This document shows positions 12,996 through 64,000 of a stretch of 64,000 bases of DNA, piece after piece. The notes under the pieces are model-generated. The model had not been told where the DNA came from and searched no databases. It was given only the letters and a program-made list of their open reading frames with translations. The stretch comes from Lingula anatina (lineage: Eukaryota > Animalia > Brachiopoda), in assembly GCA_051362555.1 (NCBI GenBank), contig CM120641.1:3782001-3846000 (forward strand), given 5' to 3'. Position numbers and translations under genes: made by a program. Every line of letters starts with the position of its first letter. Position 1 is the first letter of the stretch.

Positions 12996-14565
12996 AGGAG
13001 CTTCAAGATTGTGTCTTTTTTTCCTTCTTGGCGCAAACTTAGTTTAGAACGTTTCTGTGTCGCAAATCTTCAGGCGGTGCCTAGGCCTCCAAACCCAATG
13101 CATGACATGCAGTTTTGGCACCATATGTACCTGTGAAATGCCCCCCCCCCCCCACCCCTCTCCGTCATTAAAAACGGGGATGGGGGGTCCAGTTTCATTT
13201 CCCTCTATGAACTAAGGGCACTCATAACACTCCTGGGCCTACATGGTAACCCCCCCCCCCCCCCCCAACCCTCAATATATATATATCTTGGACTCGTTCG
13301 TGATCAATAAGTTTGGTCTAGACTCATAACGTTTCCGGAAACATGAAAGCCTTTATATCCATATATTGGAAGGCCAGTAGAGAACGTTATTCCAAATAGC
13401 CTATAGAAGAGTAATGCCCGAATCCAAGAAATAGACCATATTTTAATTAGGCACGGAGTTGTTTGGAACGGTGTATTTTCGAAGGATTCAGAAGGCTGCC
13501 AGGTCCATTTTTCCATAATTATGAACAAGTACAATATCTATGATCCTTTACCTCTGATGAACTCTACCAGAGATTAGTTCATTTTGGCGACGTGGATTCG
13601 TTAAAAGGTGGTATGAGGGGGAACAGGTTGATAAATTTAGTGCTTTCAAATTGTTTGTGTTTACAGAAGCAAAGAAACGATACTTAGTTATTTAACATTT
13701 GTACAGAGTTTACACACCTTGACCCTATAATCAAAAATTCTACTGGAACAGGTGAGCTTCTGTGAGTCTATATAAGTATAAGTACAAATAAAGTTTTCAT
13801 ATCACTGATCGTGAACAGTCGATATACACATTAGTATGTAATGGATTGCACTAACTGGCAAACCTGGGAGAATACAGGCAAAGACATTGCAGTAGTTGTG
13901 CCGACTGTGCTGTGATCACATTCACAATCGATGTTGAGCTTGCTGTTGTGTTACTTTTCGAAGGTTCGTCGATATGTCGACTTCTCATCATGCATTGTTA
14001 TATGTTTAGATACTATGGTTATGTGTCAAGCTTACGCATGACCAGATGATATTGTTGTTTTCAAATTGCCCTGTAATTACTTTTTTTTTGAAGAGGCGAA
14101 TTTGTACATTGTTACAAGTAGTCTTGCAAATATATAAATAGCAATGAAGTTATTTCGTGTGGAGCATTAGTCATATCAGTCAATAAGATACAGATGCAAC
14201 CTTGCTTTCAAGTCTATTTCTGACATCAAATTTTGATTGCTAGCAAGCATAACATCTGATCCCAATTTAAGATAGAAAAATTAATATTATGGCGTGTCAT
14301 ACCATGGACAGTTAAAACTGATTATTAAATGAAAATTTATCAATATACCATTAAATAGCACAGGATTTACAATTACTTCTAATTTGGTTTTACCCCTTTT
14401 GTCCATATTTGTGGAGCCTCCAATTCTGTGTTGACCCAGACAATTATGGAAATTGGGAAATATTTTTGTCAGTCAACCTTCCAGTCTCAGTTAGATTGTC
14501 TCAAACTTCTTTACAAGTAGATAAAAATCCAAAAGCAATACATTCTAGGTTTATGTTTGATATTA

Positions 14566-14571
14566 TTTATT
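14566..14571 (-). terminator. Candidate AATAAA poly(A) signal ending a ~3.2-kb BMPR1 3' UTR
   Basis: tttatt on + strand at the edge of a long UTR-like (U-rich on minus) stretch; other candidates exist, e.g. ~15298. Confidence 0.35.
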
Positions 14572-14688
14572 TAAGTAATTTTTCATCTTAACAAAACTAA
14601 TGCTATTACCAGTGCAAACATATACAAAGCAGTATAATACAAAATACAGCTGCATAGATAATGGTTCTATTTCCCTAAAACAAATGGG

Positions 14689-14754
14689 CAGTTCTAGCCA
14701 GCTAACTCATAGGAAGCTGTACAGTTCTAGCCAGCTAAGTAGTAAGAAGCTGTA
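14689..14754. repeat. 33-bp tandem duplication
   Basis: cagttctagccagctaa...gaagctgta x2, imperfect. Confidence 0.85.
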
Positions 14755-17700
14755 CAAGGCTTATATTTAAAGCAAGCAATAAGTCAAAAATCAAAAACAG
14801 ATTTTGAAAAATGCACCAGAAATATGCTTACATACATTTCTTGATTTACACTCAATATTTACGTGAATAATTAAAAACCTCTCAGAATTTGACCATTGAG
14901 TATTTCATAATTATAAGTGTACTAGATAAGTGAATTGTCTTGTCTCATTTTTAATGTCCCAAGGAAATATTCAATATTCACAAAAAAAAAATAAATAAAA
15001 TAAAAAATAAATAAATAAATTAATTAATTAAAAAAAAAATAAAACAATAAAATACAAATAATAAATAAAAAAATTCAAATATACTTGATTCGATGTATGA
15101 AATATTTTTAATTAAAAAAAGGAGAAAAAAGCTGAGGGAATTCAGTTCACTTCACCACATACCACACAGAACCCACCAAATGTACCAGATGCCCTTCACG
15201 GTCTGCGAGACGAAGCAAGAAACTCAAGTAGCATAAAACACCAGAACAAACCAATTAGCCAGGCATTACCCTTCAGAAAGCCTTCTCCTGACATGTCTTT
15301 ATTGATAATTGATTAATTTTTAAAAGTACCAAGAAATGGGTAAAATTAAAAAAATCATTATTTCATTTGATCATTTTGTTAAGGCCATACTTCCTTTTTT
15401 TTTTTTGCAGTTTTTACGCTGAAAGGGTGTAAATTTAGAGGTAATCGATGATATTTGTGGTGTAAATAATATGTGGTTTTGAACTCTCAGTCCAGACAGA
15501 ACTAGCAGTGAAATAAGGCAGGAAATGCACCTAATTTGACCTAACACACTTCATGTATCTTTTCACAATCCTATAAATCCTCAGCAAATTTGAAATTTCA
15601 ACACGGACGCATAATATCTTTCTGGGTCAATAAATTTAACTGAATTATCACTTATGAAGAACCATCAAACCTAGATACAGGGGAGTAAAGTCCATTTTTT
15701 CATTGGTCAATTCTGTTTGTTAATCCCATTATTCCCAATGTGTTCTTTAAAGGCAAATTTTTACCACGCAAGCAAAAAAAAAAAAGCATTACAATTTGTC
15801 GCCATCACTGGTTCTCTACCACCGCCACTACACACGCCATTACAAACAGCTCAAAGCTCATATACAATACAAAATCAGCAGTGTTGCAGATGCCACAAAT
15901 TCTTGTATAAACATAGGCATATATTTATATATAACAGCTTCAGACTTCATACAAAGAGTAATATATCTATTTATATATTATGTACATATTTTCGTTCGTC
16001 TTTGCCCATGAAAAAAATTGGTCATGGTCATTTATATTGTGAAGGAGTGTTAATGCAATATACAATGTCATTTTTTTACAAATGTGACAGACTGTTCTGA
16101 TTTTGCTTAAACTAAGGTGCTCATTAACAAACTAAGATTAAAATGAAAATAATAATAATTTTTTCTATACCACTAAATAAATATCTGTACATAAATTGCA
16201 CATCTACTTGTCACCAAGCATACCCACCATGCCTGGAAAAGGTGCAGTAAAATTGTGGACATATACTATACATATTTAAGTACTTTAAACCTTTTTCCTT
16301 ACTTAAAGCAGTGCTGGAAACAAAACTAACAGAAAAGATAAAGTTTAGAAAACAAGGAATTTGTACAGCAGTGAATCAAATGGAAGCCTAATTTGTAAAA
16401 TCAACAGAAAATAAAATTCAGCTTGTTCCCTTAATATACAGAGAATCAAGCTGAAGTAAAATTCGTAGAGTAAGAAATTTGTAAAATAAGAGTGCCATGA
16501 ATTTTGCAATTTCAAAGTGGGTGGTTTTGATTTACAAAAGATCTGATACACTTTCCAACCTATAAATCTTTAAATGCTGTTCATTTTTTTCTGATACAAT
16601 CAGATAGTTTTAGATTAAAATGATTCAGTTAATCTTTTTTTTTTCTTGCTTCATACTTCAATCTACATTCTTCAAAATCACACAGTGTTGAAGTTATTAA
16701 AAGCCCGAGTGAAACAAAAAGCCTAAGTACTTAAAATAATAATAATAATAATAAAACAATATACATATGGATTCTATTGAAATACACCACACATTTTACT
16801 TTTGTATTCATAAATGCCATAATCCTGAAATTGATCATATCTTAATCTTATGTACATACAAATTAACGGATCCCCTGCATCCATAGTGCTTTGCTTCAAG
16901 CCAACCCAGATGCACAGCCTGATTACAGTATCAAGAATACATTCTAATTTCTTTCCCTTCAAATCTAAATTCAAAGTCAACATAACTTAATGCTCCTTCA
17001 GAGGCATTCACATTAGCAAATCAAATGTAGTGGGCTCATAACCAAAGAAACAATATCTCTATGTTTCCTGTGAAAATTTATTTACCCTGTTCAAACATAA
17101 TCTTAAGTAAAATAAACATATTCATAATTATCTCTCATTGATTTTCACCGAGCTGAATTTTTTCCATTTGCACAATGAAAAAAAAAATGAATGTTCATAA
17201 AATGAAGCACTTCTAATATATTGATCCAAAGGTGCTTTTAGGAACCATGTTCTCTTCGTTGTCACGTTTTAAGTACAGCCTTGCTAGAACCTGCATGTCT
17301 TGTCAAAAAGAATACAGGAACAAAACAACAGATCTAAACACTACAGTCCCACACTTAAAATAGTCTGTAACAAAATTGAATTAAAATCAGCAGCTTTGTA
17401 GGAAGATAATGATAAAGGCATCACAATATGGCCATTTGATTTTCAACAAACTCTATAAAAAGTTTGCAGCATTTCTACTGTGCTGTCACCTTGTGGCAGG
17501 TTGCCGTTTCCTTTATCCTGGCGCCACCTGGATTCACCCGTTCCTGGGGCCAGCCCTGGCAGTGGTTCTACCATCCTGACTGGTATGATTGTCTTTATAT
17601 TTAAAAGACATGGTTGCCTAACAAGTCCATATCTTTGTATGTAAGTTAGCGGTCTGCTGTTGTCCTCTCTTGAGGAACAGCACCATCTACACCTACTTGT

Positions 17701-17776
17701 GCTGGACATCTTTTAATGAGTATACATACTTCAGTGGCAAGTTACAGTTGCACCATAAGTACTAACAGGTGCCCCT

Positions 17777-56912
<39,136 letters not shown>

Positions 56913-56919
<7 letters not shown>

Positions 56920-56949
56920 CTTCGTTGCTGCTTGACTAGTGTGACGTCA
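56913..56949 (-). promoter_or_regulatory. BMPR1 proximal promoter motifs: palindromic CRE and a YY1-type motif over the start codon
   Basis: TGACGTCA at 56942-56949 and CCGCCATCTT at 56913-56922, within a CpG-enriched patch. Confidence 0.6.
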
Positions 56950-59900
56950 GGCTGTTCTACGGAGTGCTCCCCACCCTGAACAAAAACTTGGTTTTATTTT
57001 CCGACTGTTTTTGTTACAAATGCGTCATATCAACACGTTACTAAAATAAAAAAAATATGCATATAAAATTGCGATCGAAACGTGAGTTACTGATTTCTTC
57101 TTTTACAATTGTTTTTTCCCTTTTTTTACGTTTCAAATATCTTCCAAAGGAGAAATTCACCTGATCAAATCTAACAATTATCAAGGAGTTTCAATTCAGT
57201 TGAAACTTCTTGCAATAATTAAAGTCCTATTTTTTCGGCATAGAGATATTATGTGTCACCTACTGTCTATTTTAAAAAAATCACATTGACCCGCATTATT
57301 GCGGTGGAATGTTTTGTATTTACCTCCAAAGATATTATATAAGCTAGGTGGGTCCTAGAAATAAGTGAGTTGATTGTGTTTGTGATGACATCAATTTTCT
57401 TGCAGCAAAGATATGGAAAGGTGTGGAGACGCTAACACATTCAAGCAGTGTGACTCTTGGACACGAATGCATATTTCAATCTGGTGGCTTTATATGTGCT
57501 ATCACACCATATATAACCCCACAAGCAGAATTTTTTTTTTTTTTTCAGATGGGGTAAGGAAGTGAAAGTGCTACCTTTATCAACATATTAAAAGATATAT
57601 ATCAATAAAATATATATATCATTATAGTTGCAAGGGATAAGACGATCAATTTCACAAAGAACAATTGCATATGATAATTAGTCATGGATCATTAGTAAAG
57701 GGTCAAAGGCCACAAGAGGTCATATTTCAAGCATTTTTTCATAAATTAAAACCAGAAAGCACTGTTGTGAATTGGTATCTTAAATAACGAATGCAAAAAC
57801 TGGCAATTGCAAAAATATATTTCATGGCTTTTAAATTCTTTTCATGCTTTTAAGACAGGGACATTTTTTATGACCTAAAGCAAATTCACCAATAATTTTT
57901 ATAACAAATATTGCAAAATCAGTTGTTCCAAAGTGAACATAAACAATGCTACATTTCTTCACAAGTTTGATCTTAAATTACATTTCTTAACAATACATTC
58001 CTGAAAGTTTAAAAGTTTAACAACTGTAAAAATTGAAGCTGGCCTATAAGCAGATCTTTTGTTCTGGAAAATAACAGACACAACATGGAACAAAAAGCTT
58101 TATTCTCTATCAGTGCGTAATTAAGTTCCACTCCTTATTTGATCAATATCCTTAGTACATTTTATCCAAATTCATAGAGCAAAGAGCAATTTTTCTTTCA
58201 ATTTTCTTTTCTTGCCATGTATGAAAATTAGTGCTTGACAGACAATCGTTTTGTGGCCAACATAATTTTTTTTAAATAGATCTTTTTATTTTTGGCTCAT
58301 CTTGAGAAAGCTGTAGCCTAGTGCATCATATTAATGTGATATAAAAAGCATTCAGTAAGTACATAAATGGCCCTATTACTTCAAACAAAGACTAGGCCAG
58401 ACAAAATCCTAATAGAAATCCTCCCTTATACAGTGTTGTGGTTTTGCCATCTCACTCAAAAACACACAAAAAATATCACCTAAACAATCCTGTTTTATTT
58501 CACTACAAAGCACACACTTTATTACATTATAGAGATATACTTAGTCATGTAGAACTAGACAAGCACTGTCAAAATATACTAGTCTAGCATGTGCAAGCTG
58601 CTACTTCACTTGCTAAAATATTTTTCTTGGTAGGAAAAAACATAAGGCTGGGGTTTATAAAAACAAACAGACTGAGGTACCTCAAAAGCCAATCTTACTA
58701 CCCTAGGTTCACACTGGCAAAAAATCTTCAGCCAAAAACTGATCGAGTTGATTAATGTAAAGAAAATAATGGAAATCCCAATTTTTCACCTGGTTCATTT
58801 TTAAATGCTACTGAAGTCCCAGGCTTTTAAAAAATTTCAGTGCAGATGAAGTGCACTTAGTGAAAATGAAACTCTTAAGATCCTATGTGTAAGAACAGCC
58901 ATGGGATACCCATATATAATAGTGGGACTAGGCAAATCTCTTTATATAATGTAAAAGTAGTTATTGTTATTTAAAAAAAAACTTCAAGTAAACAAAAAAA
59001 GTTCGTCCTCGGTAAAGGGCATACATATTGCATGAACCTGTCTCACTTCAAATTAGCAATCCAAGTTTTTAACAATTGCTTCTGCTTTGTCTATATTTCA
59101 TGCAGAGGGAGGCACATCCCTTACATAGCAAAAAAAATAGGCAAGGGATTTAAAAGTAACATTGCACTAGCTACAGCATCACTCAGGATTTTTACATCAC
59201 CAAACTTATCAATAATGCAAAAGAATTCAAAACACTGGCAGCTGGGAATCATTAAGACCACTTTGCAGATGAAATAAGGCCAATCAAATCAACCTTCATT
59301 TCAATTTCCATACAAATTCTATGCCATCAGCAATAACAACAATTATACCAAAAATATACAACAATCCCTTATCAATTATAGAAGTGGCATGTATACATAT
59401 ACCAGTATGTAAAATAAAATAATACCAATAGGTATAAAAAGCTTATAAATACGCCAAAGAAAAGGCTAACATGACTATACAGCAATGTACAGGAGGCAAA
59501 AAAGGAGAATATTCATTAAGATTGCAGCCATATTACATGTAGGTACACATTCAAAAGTAACTTCTTTTTATGAAATACAAAACTGTCAATCTTGAATCCC
59601 CTGAATAATTATTAAAAGCAAATCAATATACAATGCGTGTGACCATAACCTCATTTCACAAATGAGTTGCTGCTTGAAAAGTAAACAGTGTGTCTGACCT
59701 TCCCTTAATATATTGGAAAATATGGTAAATGTATGATAAAAAATTGCAGTTGAATTACACAAAAGTCCCCAAAGTACATTTGAAAAGCAATAGATACAGG
59801 TTTCACATACCACGCAGCATCAACATATCATAATAGTAAGGTACCAGTCTAATATTTGGAACTTTTAAAAGAAACAATAATTTCCCATGGGTATAACAAA

Positions 59901-60349
59901 TGTCGATTCTTATCCACTAAACTACATCACTGCAAATCTTTTTCCCCCTAAATTGCTATTTATTTATGTCAACAGAAAGGCAATGATCTATACATGTATG
60001 TAGTAATTAAAAGGTTGCAGACAACTACATTGTAAGTACATTTCCAATGGAAGTATTGAGACAAGCTCAGTTGTGACTTTAGGTATATAACAGCTACAAT
60101 TTAGCAAACGGATGATATAAATTTCATGTAGATAAACACTTTATCACCTCAGTCATTCTACATTTCAAAGTCAATGCTTGAAATGTGTAGGACAGGGTAA
60201 GGCCACTTAAAGCATTGCTTCACCATCATATATAGGTTTACTACTCAATGCTAGCTAGTGAAGACTGTAGCCTTAAGGTTGAACTGAGTTAGGGTAAATA
60301 TTGCAGGAATCACACATGCTGGCAAATAGGCAATTCACCAGCAATTTGT

Positions 60350-60433
60350 TTAGAACCCTTGACCGTGACGCTTGCAGTAAGGGCGATTGTTTTTGGCCAC
60401 AAATCCCTGTCCTTCTAAGTTCACCTGGCATGT
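60350..60433 (-). CDS. PDZ-LIM last coding exon
   Basis: TCQVNLEGQGFVAKNNRPYCKRHGQGF then TAA. Confidence 0.92.
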   Translation of the reverse strand, partial: TCQVNLEGQGFVAKNNRPYCKRHGQGF

Positions 60434-62938
60434 CTGCAACACAAAATAGAAATATATTCATGAACTAATATATTCATGACATTTTACTTCAGTGAAGGAG
60501 AAATAGAATAATATGTACATGACAAGTTGGATTACTATTGTGATCTTTTGATCAATTGTATGCTTATCCAATTTATCTTATTTTACATTACTTTTAGCAA
60601 ATAAACTTCACACCTTATTCACTTAACATAATGCAAATATTATTTCATAAATCAATATGTTCTCAACTTCATTCATAAGTTAGATGTTTTAAGTGTTTTA
60701 ATTCTGTTTCATATTACTGTTAAGAGATACAAATGTAAAACAGCCAAAATATACAATTTAAATCTGTTGCCCAAGTGGTAGATTGCCTTTGGGCCTGTTT
60801 ATTCGTTAATCAGATTGCCTTCAGCAATACCTAGTCTCTATGGAGTTAATGTGCAGCAGCTAGGTTGATAAAACTCATTGTGAAAGGTCTCTCAGCTCTA
60901 AATCATAGATTTTCCAGTTGGTTGTCTTATACTTACAGCACAGTTGAAGCATTCAGCGTGCCAGTTGCTGCCCAGGGCCTCCACCCACCTGTCTCCAGGC
61001 TCAATGGGGAACTCACACGAGATGCACTTAGTCTGAAACAGGGCTTGCCAGTCTGAAAATAAAATGTGTGAAATTAAGTTAAGACTTGGAAAATGAATAG
61101 TTTAGGTTTCCATCAGTGGCCATATTCTCAAAAGGTTGTAATTAATTTTTACATATTCTCTAAACTTTTCACTTAAGTCCGATTGTTCACAGAAGTTGGT
61201 ATTCTCAGATTTGTCACTCACAAACTTTCAAGAATATGGCTCACGTTCAAAGAGAGAAAACTAAACTCTTCATACAATTAACACTTAATTAACATGTCAG
61301 GAAAAGGTGAGTTTACAAAAGTCAACATATCTGATATATGTTTTTTAGTGTATGTATAACATGTTTTAAGCCATCCCACCTCTTTCACAGTAGACCATGC
61401 CATTTTCAATATGAAATACACTGCCTCCAATGCTTCCCTTGCAGTGGGCACACAGGAAGCACTCGGGGTGGAACTGCTGGTTGAGAGCATTGATGCAGTC
61501 CTAGATTACAAAGAAAATCATGGTCAGAAAATAAAGACACAGCAAAAATCAAAAATTCACATCTTGACATTAATAAAAATAACTTATTATATTTCTTTTA
61601 TAAGTTGAGATTCTAATATGAAAGAGAAACCTGGCATAGCTAACCAATAAATATATTATTACATCACGTTTTCATCTAGTCATCTATGCTTAATGAAATC
61701 TTGGCACTGTCTAAATACTTTAAGACCAACATACAGGGGGTCCTTCAGTTGAAGCTGATACTGTTTAATTAAAGCTGACAGAAGTGCAATATACTCAACT
61801 TCCATTCTTAAGGTGTTTTTCATGAAAATGTCTTACCATATTTCAAAAGACAAAACAATCTTAATATGTCTCTGGTTAACAGTGTATGAAATTCAAGGAA
61901 ATTACTAGCCAGACCGCCGGGCAGGTAACTCTGAAAAGTAACCAGCCCGGCCATGTAGTTACCTGCCCTAGTTATGATAACCCCTAGAGTTAAGAGAGGT
62001 ATGCTGAGGGGGTCTAGAATGCATTCTTGGGAGAGTAATTTGGAAATGAAAGGGCAATATCATGCCTTATGTGTGGAAATTTAGAAATTGGTTGGAATTT
62101 CTACTGAATGATACCTTGTCAGTGTTGGATTTAGAGGGGTCAGGGGGGTCCTGATGCCCCCCCCTTTCAATTTCTGCAAAAAAAAAAACAATAACAATAG
62201 CAGCAACACAATACATACCCCAACAACAGGCTTGTTACACTTATTGCAGCTAGGGGCAAAGTACTTGGCATAGTCATTCTCACAGTACAATTTTCCATTC
62301 ACTTCAATGAAGCCGGTATCCATTAGCTTGGTACGGCAGTCAGGGTTGGAGCACACAAAGTGATCTGGGCACCAATTCTTACCAAGGGCAATCACAAATG
62401 GGCCTCTGGAAAAAAGAAAAAAAAATATTTCCAAAGAAATATTATTTGAAAACAGAAAGAAGCATATGTTCAGACAACACCAAAAATCCATAGTAAAAGT
62501 AACTACACAGAAACTTCACTGGTGTGTTCACAGACAGCTGAAATGTGTTAGGTGAGATAAAGGCAATGCCCAAGTCGAGAGCCCACTTGATAGGTGAACT
62601 GTATTCAGCATAGACAGAGATCTTTCTTCCCTACCCACAGATAAAGAGACAACTGAAGTGTGTTAGGTGATTAGGTAAGATATAGGCAATGGTCTAGTTG
62701 GGAACCCACCTGATAGGTGAACCACATTCAGCACAGACTGGGATCTTCATTCCTGTGCCCACAGATTGCTTGAACACATAGTCCCCTCTCTTTCCTCTCT
62801 GAATGGGGCCAACTGGGCCTGCACCTGGGAAGGGCCTGGGTCCTGCGGGGGCCTTCACAGGGGCAGGGGGTGCCCTGGGGGCCGCAGGGGCTGGAGCAGG
62901 AGGCGGCGGTACACCAGCTCCAGGACGTCTGACACCAC
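60350..62938 (-). CDS. Enigma/Zasp-type PDZ-LIM protein (PDLIM5/PDLIM7/LDB3 family), C-terminal three LIM domains; 5' part outside the window
   Basis: join(62938-62710,62405-62219,61500-61380,61052-60937,60433-60350), phase-consistent. Contains PVCAECGSPIRGPFVIALGKNWCPDHF, CNKCNKPVVGDCINAL..QFHPECF, CISCEFPIEPGDRWVEALG.NWHAECF and TCQVNLEGQGF...PYCKRH. The PDZ domain is not visible here. Confidence 0.9.
60937..61052 (-). CDS. PDZ-LIM exon: LIM3
   Basis: Hand translation DWQALFQTKCISCEFPIEPGDRWVEALGSNWHAECFNCA. Confidence 0.93.
61380..61500 (-). CDS. PDZ-LIM exon: LIM2
   Basis: Hand translation DCINALNQQFHPECFLCAHC...VYCER. Confidence 0.92.
62219..62405 (-). CDS. PDZ-LIM exon: LIM1 to start of LIM2
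   Basis: RGPFVIALGKNWCPDHFVC...LYCENDY...APSCNKC. Confidence 0.93.
62710..62938 (-). CDS. PDZ-LIM exon: Pro-rich linker and start of LIM1
   Basis: ctcatag and ATCAG|gtggg sites; RGKRG...IPVCAECGSPI. Confidence 0.88.
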
Positions 62939-63290
62939 CTATGAGTGACATAATGGTATTATTATGAACTATATTGCTTAATGAGCTTTAAATATGTAAC
63001 AGCAATTTCATTTGTATATATCATTTTGATTTAAGGAAAGAAATTGAGTAGCACAAATTGCCATACATCAGATAAAATATATAGTTATACTGAAGCAATG
63101 AGTCATGACATTCAATAACATATCTCAAAACACTGTGAATATAACCAATACTTTTTTATTTTGAACCATTTAACAAAAAAAAAAGAAAGAAAAAGAAAAC
63201 AATACTTTCAGGAAATATATCTGATCCTTATTATTATGATGGTAAGTTATTAAATAATGTTTACTTAATGATCTATTCATATCACCTTAC

Positions 63291-63307
63291 CTTGCTGTGG
63301 AGCATCT
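63291..63307 (-). CDS. Candidate 15-17-nt microexon of the PDZ-LIM gene (DAPQQ)
   Basis: ttttccttcag|AGATGCTCCACAGCAAG|gtaagg; exits in phase 1, matching the 62938 exon. Confidence 0.5.
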
Positions 63308-64000
63308 CTGAAGGAAAATGGATAAACATGTATAAGATGGAGTTGTATATACTTCAACAAACATTCTGATATCAAACTACCAACTAATAAATATTACTAC
63401 ATCCTTTTATAACAGAATGTTGGCCAGAAAGCAACAAACTGTATATACATTAAATCTAAAAACATTATATATACAAAATAATTTCTATGAAAATCATCAA
63501 TATAATTTTTGACAATATTATTGTTAACACCTCATCTTCATGCTCACACGAATAGATTATGTAGTTTCCTCAAGTAGCATTACAGAAATCTTACCACTGT
63601 AAAAACCACTGACAAACTACTCAAAGTGAAGTAAAATGCACAAGAACCTGTTCAAAACAAATTGTGTTAGTTGTTCCTAATTCATGCAAAATTTTCAATC
63701 ATGGGATTCAAATATTTGGTGGTATTCAAAGAGCTCACAAGCATATGGAGGTGCACAGGATTTGAAATTTTCAGGTAAGATAGGGAGGAAAGGATATATT
63801 AAAGACAGTTTACCTGGATTTTCCTTTTGTTTTATAAAAGTATAGAATATGGTTTTCTTCTCTGTTGAGTCCTCTGATTGAAGCCAAGCTTTATATTTCT
63901 TATGTGCATGAGAGAGAGATAGAGAGTGAGAGTGACAGAATGACTTACAACACTTACACCATTTTGTGTGGCATCATACTTTCCAATTATGTTAAACTTA

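Noticed and set aside
17443-17709. 88-aa ORF just after the BMPR1 stop
   Set aside because: It lies in the presumed 3' UTR with no domain features and no support for read-through.
61885-62170. Complete MITEs in the PDZ-LIM intron
   Set aside because: There are GC-rich fragments resembling transposon ends, but I could not pair TIRs or find TSDs.

Overview
AT-rich, intron-rich animal genomic DNA. A mollusc-like lophotrochozoan source is inferred from the repeat types and protein style and is not proven. Three spliced genes lie head-to-tail on the minus strand: the 3' part of an Enigma/Zasp-type PDZ-LIM gene (3 LIM domains, ~60350-62938, continuing beyond the window), a complete 11-exon BMP type I receptor (ALK3/6, thickveins class; 56919->17777; 522 aa by my exon assembly) and a TBATA/SPATIAL-like gene (7 coding exons, 9203->2025; 488 aa). 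An apparently intact, very young Ty3/Gypsy LTR retrotransposon (25960-34519, + strand) sits in the receptor intron between the GS-box exon and the first kinase exon. It has identical 302-bp LTRs, a CAGA target-site duplication, a tRNA-Ser-type PBS, a PNMA-like Gag, a TTTAAAC slippery site with a candidate H-type pseudoknot, a dUTPase-like segment in Pol and a 2.4-kb leader carrying two tandem arrays. Several MITEs, a Helentron/HINE-like element and microsatellites occur in introns. Exon boundaries were read by eye from GT/AG sites and phase continuity; no database search was run.
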